64,000 nt of DNA from Tubiluchus corallicola (taxonomy: Eukaryota > Animalia > Priapulida). How positions within the stretch are numbered: the first letter of the stretch is position 1; the number at the start of each line of letters is the position of its first letter. Positions 1-10,827 of the stretch are shown here, in pieces. Under the pieces are notes generated by a model. The model did no database searches. It was not told the origin of the DNA and worked only from the letters and a program-made list of their open reading frames with translations. The stretch spans positions 1-64,000 of the forward strand of contig JAQGDQ010000242.1 in the NCBI GenBank assembly GCA_030141605.1, in the 5' to 3' direction. Made by a program: the position numbers and the translations under genes.

Positions 1-227
1 AAAATAACAATGTCCTGCAATGTGCTACTTAAGTGAGTATGCGTTTAAATCTACAATTAATACTGGTGCTACAATAACATAGCTGAAACAATAATCTTTG
101 TAATTATGTTAATAACATAATGTTATGTACAAGCTTTATAACATTTGAATAAAAATCCAAAATATGCAAAAATTACATTCAGCCGTAAGCTCCATTTTTA
201 AAATTCTTCGACCAGCAGTCACTACAC

Positions 228-2095
228 AAGTAAGTAAGTAAGCAAGTAAGTAAGTAAGTAAGTAAGTAAATAATTTATTTGTCTCTGAATGTTACAAAAT
301 AAACATAAACAGAAGCAAAAAAACTAAAGTAAAGATGGAAAAGAGACGGGGTGGCGAAAAGACCAAGGGTCACCAAGTCGACCACCCCTATCCAAATTGA
401 TGAAAATTTAAGTGACCTGTCAAATAAGGTATGTACAAATGAAAATAATCAGCAACTTAACAAAAAAAATGAGGCAACAAGTTCAAATGAATTTAAATAA
501 CAGTAAATAAAATTGGCAATGAGAACAAACAAAATTTAAATTAGCAAACAAGAGACTAAGTCCAACTCAACAAAAACAACTAAAAATTACATACAAATCA
601 AGAAACTCAATTCAACATAAGAAGCAAAAAAAATGAAGCAATGTCAAGCCATGAGTAAATCATCACCAGGTCAAGCACCTCTATCCAAATTTAAAGGAAA
701 TTATATAACCTGACAAGTACAGACAAGGAAAATTATAATAATCAACATTGTAAAAAGAAAAAGAAAAAATAAAGATGAATAACTAGGGAGATATTAGGAT
801 AATAAATTCAGATGAGTTTATAATTAAGTGGCAACATAAATCAATGAAGATGGCAAATGGTATGAAGTAATATTTAATTTGGATTTAACTCAAGAGACAA
901 AATTCATAGGAATAACCAAAAAGAAAAAACTAAAGCAAAATCGAAGTACGTCAATTGTAGATTCATTGAACAAAATGTAGCTCCAGTAAAAATAATGAAA
1001 ATGGTTCAGCGATAAACAATAAGAATAATGCTGAATTGTTTTTCCAGACTATGTGAAGATTCAGTGAAATAGATGTTAAGCCAAAAGATAACTAAGAGAT
1101 AAATTATGAAACTAAAAATACAAAATACTTACTAAATTTCATTAACTAAATTGAATAGTTCGCGATTAAATAGAGGCGAAATTTTTTAAGTCCAGTGTGG
1201 TAAGATTTCCGGAGGGAGAGTATTAAAAAGTTTGACACCATTATGGTGTAGAGCGTTCAAGCCATATTGAGTCTTGAACATATTTTGAAATTAGAAGCCT
1301 TTTTTGAGGATCTCATGGACTATGAATGGACTTTATTTATTTCTAAAAAGTAGTTTTCTTATATATACCTGGCAAACTGCCTGTTTTGTACCTGTACATG
1401 AATTTAAAGAGTTCCAAACTATATATATATCACAGACTTTCAGTATATTAAACTGGTTATACGAAGGTGTAGCATGTGCTGTGTAATGAGGGAATGTAAT
1501 TAATTTAACAATTTTGTTTTGCAAGGTGGTAAGTGGTTGTAGTGTATATTGCTTAGTTTTCCCCAGCGCAGCACGCAGTACTGTAAGTAGGGATACACTA
1601 AAGAGTAATATATCATTTTGAGGATTGGCATATTAATAAAGTAACGTAGTTTTGCAAATATACTTGCAGTCTTACTTAGTTTTGTTGTTATAGTATTAAT
1701 ATGAGTTTTCCATTTTATATTACTATCAATTTGGAGCCCAAGGTACTTAATGCAGTTGGTTTGACTTAAATCATGGTTACCTATTTTTAAATTAAACAGC
1801 AAATTCTCACTTTGTGATACGTTCCTTCCAATTAGCATGTACTTGGTTTTTGTTAAATTTACTGACAGTCTGTTGGCTAACATCCAATTATTCACTTTTA
1901 ACAATTCGGAATTAGTTCGATTTTGGAGAGACTGTAAATTGTTGTCTGATAGAAAGAAACTCGTGTCGTTGGCGAAGAGTCAAGTGTTTAAGTTAGAACA
2001 AAGAGGCAAGTCGTTAATGTAGATGAGGAAGAACAGAGGGCCCAGGACAGACCCCTGCAGAACACCACATGTCACTGGGAGTTGACTTGAGTGGG
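228..2095 (-). mobile_element. 5'-truncated, degenerate non-LTR retrotransposon (CR1/L2 group) with RT C-terminal half, long 3' UTR and (TTAC)n tail
   Basis: Minus-strand translation gives GVLQGSVLGPLF (~2030-2070), LFANDT (decayed YADD box, ~1965-1982), NRLSVNLTKTKYM and IKYLGLQIDSNIKWKTHI (ORF 1500..1904), with stops and frameshifts. A 3' stem-loop at 348-388 is followed by AATAAA and a (TTAC)n tail at 228-268. Confidence 0.88.
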
Positions 2096-2729
2096 TTTGC
2101 TGAACTGCTGGTGCAATCTTTTTAATTATACAAACGACCGATTTTGCACGACCATCACTACATTACACATAATTAGTACAATATTCTTTTTGATTACTAG
2201 CTTGCAAAGTAACCTTTAAACAGGTCTGTTTCATTGTGATGATCTTGTTGTTCTCGTAAATGTATAATGAAGTGGCTGTGCATGAGCCACAAGCATGACA
2301 TTGCCTGCTTGTGAAGTAACCTATTATAAAGAGGTTTACTTTCACCATGCTGCAACCAAAATCATAAATGATTCACATTTCAGACTAGCTTTTACAAAAT
2401 TTTCCTTGCGGAAAATTTCAGACTTCCCAAGGATAGGCTGAACTTGAAATAATAAAGTGCCAAAAATTAATGTGTTATAATTATGACGATCTAGTAATTA
2501 TTATTATTATTATTTTCGGCGCTGACTTTAATTTTGTTCTTTTTGCAGATACTGTTAAAAAGCATCATTACCTTTTGACAACATTCAAAGTCGTAAGTAC
2601 CATTTTACTCATATGAGCTATGCACACACGATTTGGGCCATAGAGGGACATAGGCTCGCTACATTTTTGATAATCTTACCACCACAGCATAGCAGTGTGA
2701 TTGACAGTGATAGTTATTATTATCATATC

Positions 2730-3570
2730 ATCATCATATGAAAGAGCTTGAGTATGAAACTATACGAGTCTTTGGTATCAAAGGACTAGTTCAGGGCATT
2801 AACATCAATAAGGGTCAAAAGCATGAAAGCTATAAATTTGATTCCAGCACAGTGATAGTTATAGTCATTCCAATCCCTCCCCCCCCCTCTCTCTTTCTCA
2901 CATGAACATGACCATTAGATAAGACATTGCTCCTAGTTGGTGCTATTCTGGCTGATAGCGATCATTTGTAAATATGTATTTAACCTCTGTTCACGTTTAT
3001 ATACAAACGGTGTACTTCTTAACGTTACTTAACTACGTGTTTTCCAGGAAAATGACATACTGAATGCCTCAGTAGAAGTCAACAATTATCATCATATGAA
3101 AGAGCTTGAGTATGAAACTATATGAGTCTTTGGTATCAAAGGACTAGTTCAGGGCATTAACATCAATAAGGGTCAAAAGCATGAAAGCTATAAATTTGAT
3201 TCCAGCACAGTGATAGTTATAGTCATTCCAATCCCTTCCCCCCCCCCTCTCTCTTTCTCACATGAACATGACCATTAGGTAAGACATTGCCCCTAGTTGG
3301 TGCTATTCTGGCTGATAGCGATTATTTGTAAATATGTATTTAACCTCTGTTCACGTTTATATACAAACTGTGTACTTCTTAACGTTATTTAACTACGTGT
3401 TTTCCAGGAAAATGACATACTGAATGCCTCAGTAGAAGTCAACAATTATCATCATATGAAAGAGCTTGAGTATGAAACTATACGAGTCTTTGGTATCAAA
3501 GGACTAGTTCAGGGCATTAACATCAATAAGGGTCAAAAGCATGAAAGCTATAAATTTGATTCCAGCACAA
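2730..3570. repeat. ~360-bp tandem duplication, about 2.3 near-identical copies
   Basis: CATATGAAAGAGCTTGAGTATGAAAC recurs at ~2735, ~3093 and ~3453, and the intervening blocks are nearly identical. Confidence 0.95.
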
Positions 3571-3691
3571 AAGTAAGTTATGACATTAAATCGAAGATTT
3601 TATCGCCACATGCGGACTGTAGAGTTTCCTATCTGGAGACTTGCGAGTATCTGATTGTGAATGCCTATGCAAGTTACTGTTGTCAGGAAAC

Positions 3692-4205
3692 CAGGGATGT
3701 TACGGAAACGAAAATTTCGTTTCGGTTTGCTAATAATTGCACTTTCGGCTGAGTTTTGTTTTCATCGCAAATTAGCAAGTTTCATAGCCGAATCTTTCGG
3801 TAGCATTTTCCCCAGGTTTAAATAGTATTATCCAGCTTAGCTTTTTTCCTGCTAGATGTGAAAAATCATTGAAAAATTTTGGTTAAAATAGTTCAAATAA
3901 AGAATAAATATCGTATATTTAAGTTTTCATACCATTTGTAGCATGTTATCAAAATGTAATTTGAATAAAACCAATTATAATTTACGAAATATAGGCAATA
4001 AAATATTTTCAAAATAAAATTTGTCAATTTTTTTTTAAGCTTAAAGATCTTTAACCATAAACGTTGTTCTACTTTTTTGGTTAGGATTTTTTGCCTAGCT
4101 ACTTCAATGCAGCTTGTATCAGAGCAAATATAAGCAAAGTATCGGTTTCCTAAGCTTCATTAATTTCGGTTTTGGTTTGTAATTTCACTTTCGGTAATAT
4201 CCCTG
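3692..4205. mobile_element. hAT-type MITE
   Basis: TIRs CAGGGATGTTACGGAAA / TTTCGGTAATATCCCTG (2 mismatches); 8-bp TSD CAGGAAAC / CAAGAAAC; subterminal TTTCGG repeats. Confidence 0.85.
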
Positions 4206-4364
4206 CAAGAAACCTTTGCAAGTTATTGTCAGCAATCATCGACACTTCCCGCAGTGAATATAGACAAGCTCTATCGGTTGAGAGAACTATAGACAGTTTT
4301 CTACAACAGTATCTTACACAAACCCTGATGAGAGTAATGCCTCTCTAATTTAAACCTCTTTCTG

Positions 4365-4578
4365 TCTGGTAGGTCATGAGTGCGATGCAGCAGTTTGGTC
4401 ATACCAGACTTTAAAAAAATGGTACCCGCTGTTGCCCTGCCTGGCGTGTTCTGTTTAGGGTAAAAGTGGGGCAATAATAGTGTCTGTTATTTACAGTCGG
4501 CCAAAAGCCCTTTGGAGCTTATGTTAATTGTTCATCAGACTAAATAAAGATTCTTCTTCTTCTTATTATTATTATTAT
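4365..4578 (+). mobile_element. Degenerate SINE with Meta-domain-like core and (TTC)n/(TTA)n tail
   Basis: GGTCATACCAGACTTTAAAAAAATGGTACCCGCTGTTGCCCTGCCTGGCG resembles the MetaSINE central domain as recalled; it ends in AATAAA plus a short microsatellite. The tRNA head is poorly preserved. Confidence 0.5.
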
Positions 4579-5423
4579 AAAAGCGCAGTGCTATGATTGC
4601 TAGACTACACGACCAATTGCACTCACGAACGTTTGTTCCATCTATTGTTGCAATTTTTCATATTTTAGCATTGAAGTGTTTTGCGTAATTACATCTATTC
4701 TCACTGCTCAGCCTCAATAATAATCTCAATATTTTTATACAATAATGTACCAAGTATTTCCTCTGCTGTTTATTTTTGTCTACATATGATGTCTATTGAT
4801 GATTAAACTAAACAAAAACTGTCAGAAACTAACTTGAATTCATGTAACATATTCACAAGCATACAGAAGGGGGCATTTGAGAACAATATTACAAAATCCT
4901 AAATACAGCTCTTTACGATACTTAATAATATGCTAGAACAAATATTGTTCGACATTATTATAAGGAAGCCAATGTTTTATTGATAGTTTTCTATACTGCA
5001 AGTTATCAGCTATGGTATTTAAGAGTTACATTTTTTCCTAGGTATTGCTTATACAGAATGCAAGTCTGCCAACCACACATAACTGGACATTGAACTGGAT
5101 TATGAAGTAGACACTGAAGCTTGATCATAGATCTATTGCTTGATGAAATTCATGGCCTAATTGTTATTAAATTCCTAGTCATACTGTACTCTAGTCATTA
5201 AGGGCAAAATTATGCACTAAATGAGCATTTAAATTAATTAAATTAAAGTATTTATGTGAATTATTCTCGACTTATGAGTTCATATGTACTACTCTTTCAA
5301 TTATATGCTGAGCAAAAGTCTGGTTTATTGTTTGCTGTGATTAGATAGTATTAGCATTTTACATCTTATATAGAAACTAGGTATTTTGCAAATAAAAATT
5401 AATGAAACAATTAGTAACAATTA

Positions 5424-5871
5424 CCGTATATACTCGCATATAAGCCGAATTTAGAACTATAAAATACAATACTGAAATCAGGGGGTCGGCTTATATGCGC
5501 ATGAAACAAAATGAACACAAGGACAGACACTAATGCCAATTTTCCAGCCACACATTTTCATCGCTATCTGACTCTTTATTTGGTTGTGTGTCACCAGTGG
5601 TGTATTGGAGGGGGATCGCCGTCCACCCACTTTTTTAGAAAAAATTCACATTTCAATAAATGTCTGCTTTTTGTATTCATTAGATAAAAAATATTAAAAA
5701 TGTATAAATATATGTGACAAAAAGGGATCAATTTTGTTGATTGGGTATGGAGTAAAATTAGACAAGTTGATGGTCGGCTTATATACGGGTTTTTGCAAAA
5801 ACTGGCCATTTTAAAGCAGTTTTAGGGGGTCGGCTTATATGCGATGTAGGCTTATATGCGAGTATATACGG
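5424..5871. mobile_element. Tc1/mariner-superfamily (Tc2/pogo-like) MITE
   Basis: Perfect 23-bp TIRs CCGTATATACTCGCATATAAGCC / GGCTTATATGCGAGTATATACGG; TA TSD on both sides; internal GTCGGCTTATAT repeats. Confidence 0.92.
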
Positions 5872-6119
5872 TAGTACGTTAATAAAATGATGAAAAAATA
5901 ATACCATTACCATATAAAGTGTAATTTCTTATTACAATTATTACTTATTTAAAACAACAAATATGTACAAGAAGGTGTCCTTCTATTACAATGAGATTGG
6001 GTAGTAGCTCTTTATTTCTGGAACATCAATTGTCTAGTGAAACTGTCTTCAGGAAGAACCACTTTGGTCAATCATCAAGTCCTCAACAGACCCTAAGCAC
6101 TGAATAGATTATGGTACCC

Positions 6120-6400
6120 CAGGGCTGGATTACCCTATAGGCTAATATAGGCTGCAGCTTAGGGTCCCTCAAGCTTGGGGGTTGAGGGCATACTTTGCAT
6201 TACTGAATAATTCATAACTTTTCGGCTTATATGAAATTTCAACTTTACAAGAAGAGGCCAGGAAGTCTGAAAATCTAATTTTAAAGTGGCTCCTCATTTG
6301 AGAGAAAAGATCCCTGTTTGAGGCCCTTTATTTGAGATAAGGGCCCCTCTTTGAAGCCCTTTATTTGAAATGTGGGACCGCCAACTGTGCAAATGTTGCT
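6120..6400. mobile_element. Probable end fragment of a hAT-like DNA transposon
   Basis: Begins CAGGGCTGGATTA and carries repeated GGCCC/GGGCCCC subterminal motifs; no partner TIR found. Confidence 0.35.
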
Positions 6401-7748
6401 AAAATATATAATAAGTAAAAAATATTGGGACGAGTGCGAGCAAATAGAGAAACACCATACGCAATGGGCCTATTTTTAATGAGCTTTCACACGGTGTTAA
6501 CAAATTTATTAAATGCATTGTATTAGTGTTATTTATTTATGTGGGTGTATGATTCTATCATGTCAAGTGGCAGTACAAATTTGTGAAGCAGTCAGACACA
6601 ACAAAATGACGCATAGGTCGATCTCAGCTCCCTCTGGCCACCAGACAGGCTTTTGTCAAATTACCTACGCAGTCATGGCATTATAGGCCATTTTTGTGAT
6701 TTTTGGATGCCACCTTTAAAGTAATTTCTAACTGGTTTAACTCATTGAATTACTTTACTAATTAGTTGTTTAGTAGACCATGTTATGCATTATTGAGCAT
6801 TTTGTCTCCAATGTTTTAAAGCACGGGAATTGCTTCTTCGTACCTTTCTTTTTCTCCTTCTCTCTTCCTTCATACAATCTTTTGTTCCATCTCATATGTA
6901 TATACAGCTTTTAACTGTCTTATAATTTCCCCGCCTTCCTCTCTCTTTGTGTTATCTGTCTACCTATCTTCCTATCTGTCTGCCTGCTTGTTTATCTATT
7001 TATTTGTCTATGTATAAATCTGACAGTCTACCTGTCCGTGTGCATGCTTGTCTATCCACTTACCTGTCTATTTATCCATTTATTTACCTATCCCTATATC
7101 CCTCTCTCTCCATTAATTGATGGATCGACTGATTGATTATCTCTGTAAAGTTTTCATCAGTGATTATCAATGTATTTTAATGGCAAATAAAGATTATATA
7201 TATATATTATATATATAAACTTTATTTGCTATTAATATATATATATATATATATATTATAATTGCATTTTCTGTTTCCTTCCTCACTCTGTCACCTGGCC
7301 AGTGATTACACTCTGGACTTTAAATTTGACAGTATTACTTTATTTTTAAGAGATTTGAGGGATTAACGTCGTTTTGAGTGATTAACGTCCCATTTTCACT
7401 CGACTTTAAATCTGTTTTATAATGCAAAAAATCTGTTAATTCTAGGACACGTCTGAAGAAAAAGTTGCCCAAACCCCTTGGTTTACTTTCTGGCTGAGTC
7501 GACTTAATATGCAGTGCTCTTGAAGATTTTTTTGTAACTGTTGTGCAAACTGCCAAACCAAACATGTCGACTCATGAATGAATAACCAGCACGTGCTTAG
7601 CCTTTTAAAGTGACTCTGCCGACTCATCTCAAACAGTGGGTATACCTCCCACTGCTTATTCAAATTATTCTGTTACTACTCAATCTTTTTTATCTTTGAA
7701 GTTTGCACTGCTAGTAGGAACGGCTGCAATGCAACGCAAAACTCGTAC

Positions 7749-8400
7749 GTTGCATCATCACCAGCTGTTCAAGCCCAAGGGCGCATGACGCAAGAAGATA
7801 AAAATAGATCAAAAGTGTAAACATCGCCTACGCGCATGCGCATATATATATTAAGAGCCTGGGCTGCTAGCCAATCATTTTTGAGCATGATTATGAAATC
7901 GAGTATCAATGGTTATCCATACCCAGCACCACCCTCGGCCCGTTCCCGTTCTCTATTGTTTGGGGGGTTTTGGGGTTTTGTTGTGGGTTGTTGGTGTGGT
8001 TTGTTTGTTTGTGGTGGTGTGTGGGTGTAGCCTCGAATCTTATATATATATAATAAATATATATATATACCAAGAATATTAATATAAGGGATGGTAAGTG
8101 CTCATGTACTCTTGTGGATGACAGTTGGACTTGGAACGAATGGTGCCACCATTTCATCAAGTGATGACGCAATTCTCACGTAGAGACTTTGAGGCGTGTG
8201 GCAGTGAGCAATGCGTACGCACGAGTATATAAGATTCGTAGTTCCGTTTCCCGTGTTACATCATTTTCAACTTTGTCACGGTTGCTAAAGTCAATCAAGT
8301 TATTATAATTTTCGCTGATATAGCCAAATTGTTAAAGTTCGTTTGTAAAAAGGGCGCGATATTTTAGAAGAGTTCAAGTTGGATTATACCACAGGTAAGT
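7749..8400 (+). promoter_or_regulatory. Putative promoter and non-coding first exon of the bZIP gene
   Basis: GTTGCATCA at 7749-7757, ATGACGCAA at 7785 and 8164, TATATAA at 8226-8232, Inr-like TCATTT at ~8261, strong donor CAG|GTAAGT at 8394/8395, and a matching acceptor TTTCAG ending at 10327. Confidence 0.6.
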
Positions 8401-9035
8401 CTAATTATGAATAAAAATACCAACGATAGAGTTTTGATGAACACGTTTTACGGCACTCTTTTAGAATTCAGGTCCCACTCGATTTTCGCCGAGCTATAAC
8501 CTAATCGACGTGATTGCTTAGCGCAATATGACAATCTGCGCTGCTCTCATGATTGCTTGGTGACCATCAGCGGGCAGTCAGCGTTTTTATGCCTAGTACG
8601 TTTATAACTTTGGGTATAAAATACTCTGAAAATACACATTATTATTTATTTAATAATTGGGATAATGCTGAAACAGTAAATGAACGTTAGTTCATTTCAC
8701 CGAATAAATAAATTGTTGGCTTAAGTAACGTTTTTCAGTGGTTTTTAAATTATTATGTTATAGCAAGTCAGAATTTTCTTTTGGAAATATTTGTTGGCTG
8801 TATTAGGACTTAGCCCTGAAAAGGGCTGGTTTGGTAAAAACGCAAGTTATATCAACTATGAAAAACAAGTATTCATGGCAATTAACACTAACAGGCCTGT
8901 TACTGAATAATAGGTAGCTCTACTCTCTTTCAAAGGCTGACGTTAATTAATTGCTCAATGGACCCACTAGCCCGCTCAGTTAGACTACTGTTTGTTTCAA
9001 CAAAGGATTAATTGTTTTTACCACTGGATGTTTAC

Positions 9036-9383
9036 TAGGGAGGAGCATCGAACGTTCGAATTCGAGTCTTTTAGTTCGAATTCGATTCGAACCTAAAATT
9101 ATAGATTCGAATAATTCAGCCACATACGTTTTTATCATTAAAATGTTTGAAATGCCATGCAATTAGTACAATTTTGCTGCAGTTTCTGTGCAAAATTTTT
9201 AACAAACTAATAGTGGTTTTACTGCAAAACAAAATCAAGTGATATGTATGATCTTTGTAAGACCACTTTTTACTTCTGGTTCGAAAACTTGTTCGAAAAT
9301 CTTTCAAACTCAATTCGAATTTGAATGTCACAAATTCGATTAGATTCGAATTCGCTTTCTAGTAGGATACCTACTCACCCCTA
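9036..9383. mobile_element. hAT-type MITE (TTCGAA-rich family), copy 1
   Basis: TAGGG...CCCTA termini, perfect 8-bp TSD ATGTTTAC on both sides, many subterminal TTCGA(A) motifs; homologous to 57793-58172. Confidence 0.9.
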
Positions 9384-9766
9384 ATGTTTACATTATAAAT
9401 TTAATATTATTACACGCAAAAAAGAAATCGTTTCGAAATCAACTCACCAAAATTATCAATTATCATAAAAATGTTTGTGCGCACGTGTAACATATAGTGC
9501 TGTATAAGTATGCTCATCAAGACTTTATCGTTAGTATTTTTGTTTATAGTTAGACTGTTTTCCATGCAGTCAATCCTCAGTAACAGGTAAACATAAATAA
9601 AAGGCTAAGAAATTTACAGCTATAGTATAGTATATAGGTGCTATCACTTACACAATTCATAGAATTGGACACATAATATTTTGTGTTTTTAATAATGTAC
9701 TGTTTTAACTGCAGCTTTTAAAACAAACTAGCAAAACTTAAACTCACATCCTAACAAATTATATTC

Positions 9767-10145
9767 AGAGCCATCTTAACAGCATTATGGGCCTCTGGGC
9801 AAAGTAGTGCAGAGGGTCCCTACCTACACAACCGCTCACGGGAATAAAAATGTAAATGGTCGATAAAATTAAACATATATTTATTGTATTGGAAGCATGG
9901 TCCGCATAAGAGCGTCACGAAATGTTGGAAACACACAAAGGACTTGCAGTTCTATACTATGAGGCTTATATCACACGCACTCTCATCACTGCACCACTGT
10001 CCCTCACCAAGGTTCTAAACCACCACACCCACCATAACGCCCAAATCTGCCATAACGCCAAGTCTACCGTACAACCAAATGTGCGGTACCTCCAAATCTG
10101 TCATAACGCCAAATGTGCCATACTGCCAAACCTGCCAAATTACAA
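9767..10145. mobile_element. Probable DNA-transposon remnant(s) with short internal repeats
   Basis: Starts CAGAGCCATCTTAACAGCATTATGGGCC (hAT-like end); CATAACGCC(A/C)AA repeats at 10032-10115. No matching TIR or TSD seen. Confidence 0.35.
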
Positions 10146-10347
10146 AATTTATTTACCTGTTGTTGATATTTTTACAACAGTAAGGTTAGGAAAAAAGTTT
10201 CAAGCTATGATTATTCTTCATTAACAGTTGCATTTTTATAATTCATGTGCTAAAATCCAAATACTAGTAGAAATTGTAAAATAGTACCTCATAAACATGT
10301 GTATCATACAGACATTTACTGTTTCAGCTTTACCAACATCAAGCAGA

Positions 10348-10827
10348 ATGTCGCCCATTCAGGCCAGTGGGAGTGCGATTGCTGATAGCGGCGCCTGCAC
10401 AAGTGTTGCTGCTATACAGAGGCGACAGGGACAACACACATACCAAACTGAACCTCTCGAGTTGGTTGTACCAAAAATGGAGCCTAGTTTAGACAAATGT
10501 GATGCCAAGTATATGTACATCCCGACCAACATATCTAGGACTTCCGACGAGTGGTTATTACATAAACCAAGAGCACCACCTCAGAGGCTCCCGGAGGAGC
10601 ACAAGAATGACAAGTACTGGATTAAGCGACAAAAAAACAATGAGGCTGCGAAACGATCTCGGTTAAAAAAGCGTGTTAAAAACATGTACCTGGAAGAGCG
10701 CGTAGCACAACTTATGAAAGAAAATAGTGAACTGAAGCAGCTTTTATTAGAAATAAATAAACTACAGCCGTCTGGTTGTCCTTGCTTAAAAGTTCACATT
10801 CACAAGACAGAGACTGTTCATAGTTGA
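10348..10827 (+). CDS. NFIL3/E4BP4/vrille-like (PAR-related) bZIP transcription factor, 159 aa, CDS in one exon
   Basis: Basic region PEEHKNDKYWIKRQKNNEAAKRSRLKKR followed by zipper LEERVAQLMKENSELKQLL. The ATG at 10348 is the first after the acceptor at 10327; AATAAA at ~11012. Confidence 0.85.
   Translation: MSPIQASGSAIADSGACTSVAAIQRRQGQHTYQTEPLELVVPKMEPSLDKCDAKYMYIPTNISRTSDEWLLHKPRAPPQRLPEEHKNDKYWIKRQKNNEAAKRSRLKKRVKNMYLEERVAQLMKENSELKQLLLEINKLQPSGCPCLKVHIHKTETVHS

Noticed and set aside
2730-3570. Tandem-array TRIM (mini LTR element)
   Set aside because: No primer-binding site or directly adjacent polypurine tract and no TSD; simple tandem duplication suffices.
4324-4350. Hammerhead ribozyme core (CTGATGAG plus a short stem); also 30774
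   Set aside because: No GAAA after stem II and no stems I or III.
10297-10347. ORF-track start codon for the bZIP gene
   Set aside because: It lies upstream of the TTTCAG acceptor at 10327, so it is probably intronic; ATG 10348 is preferred.
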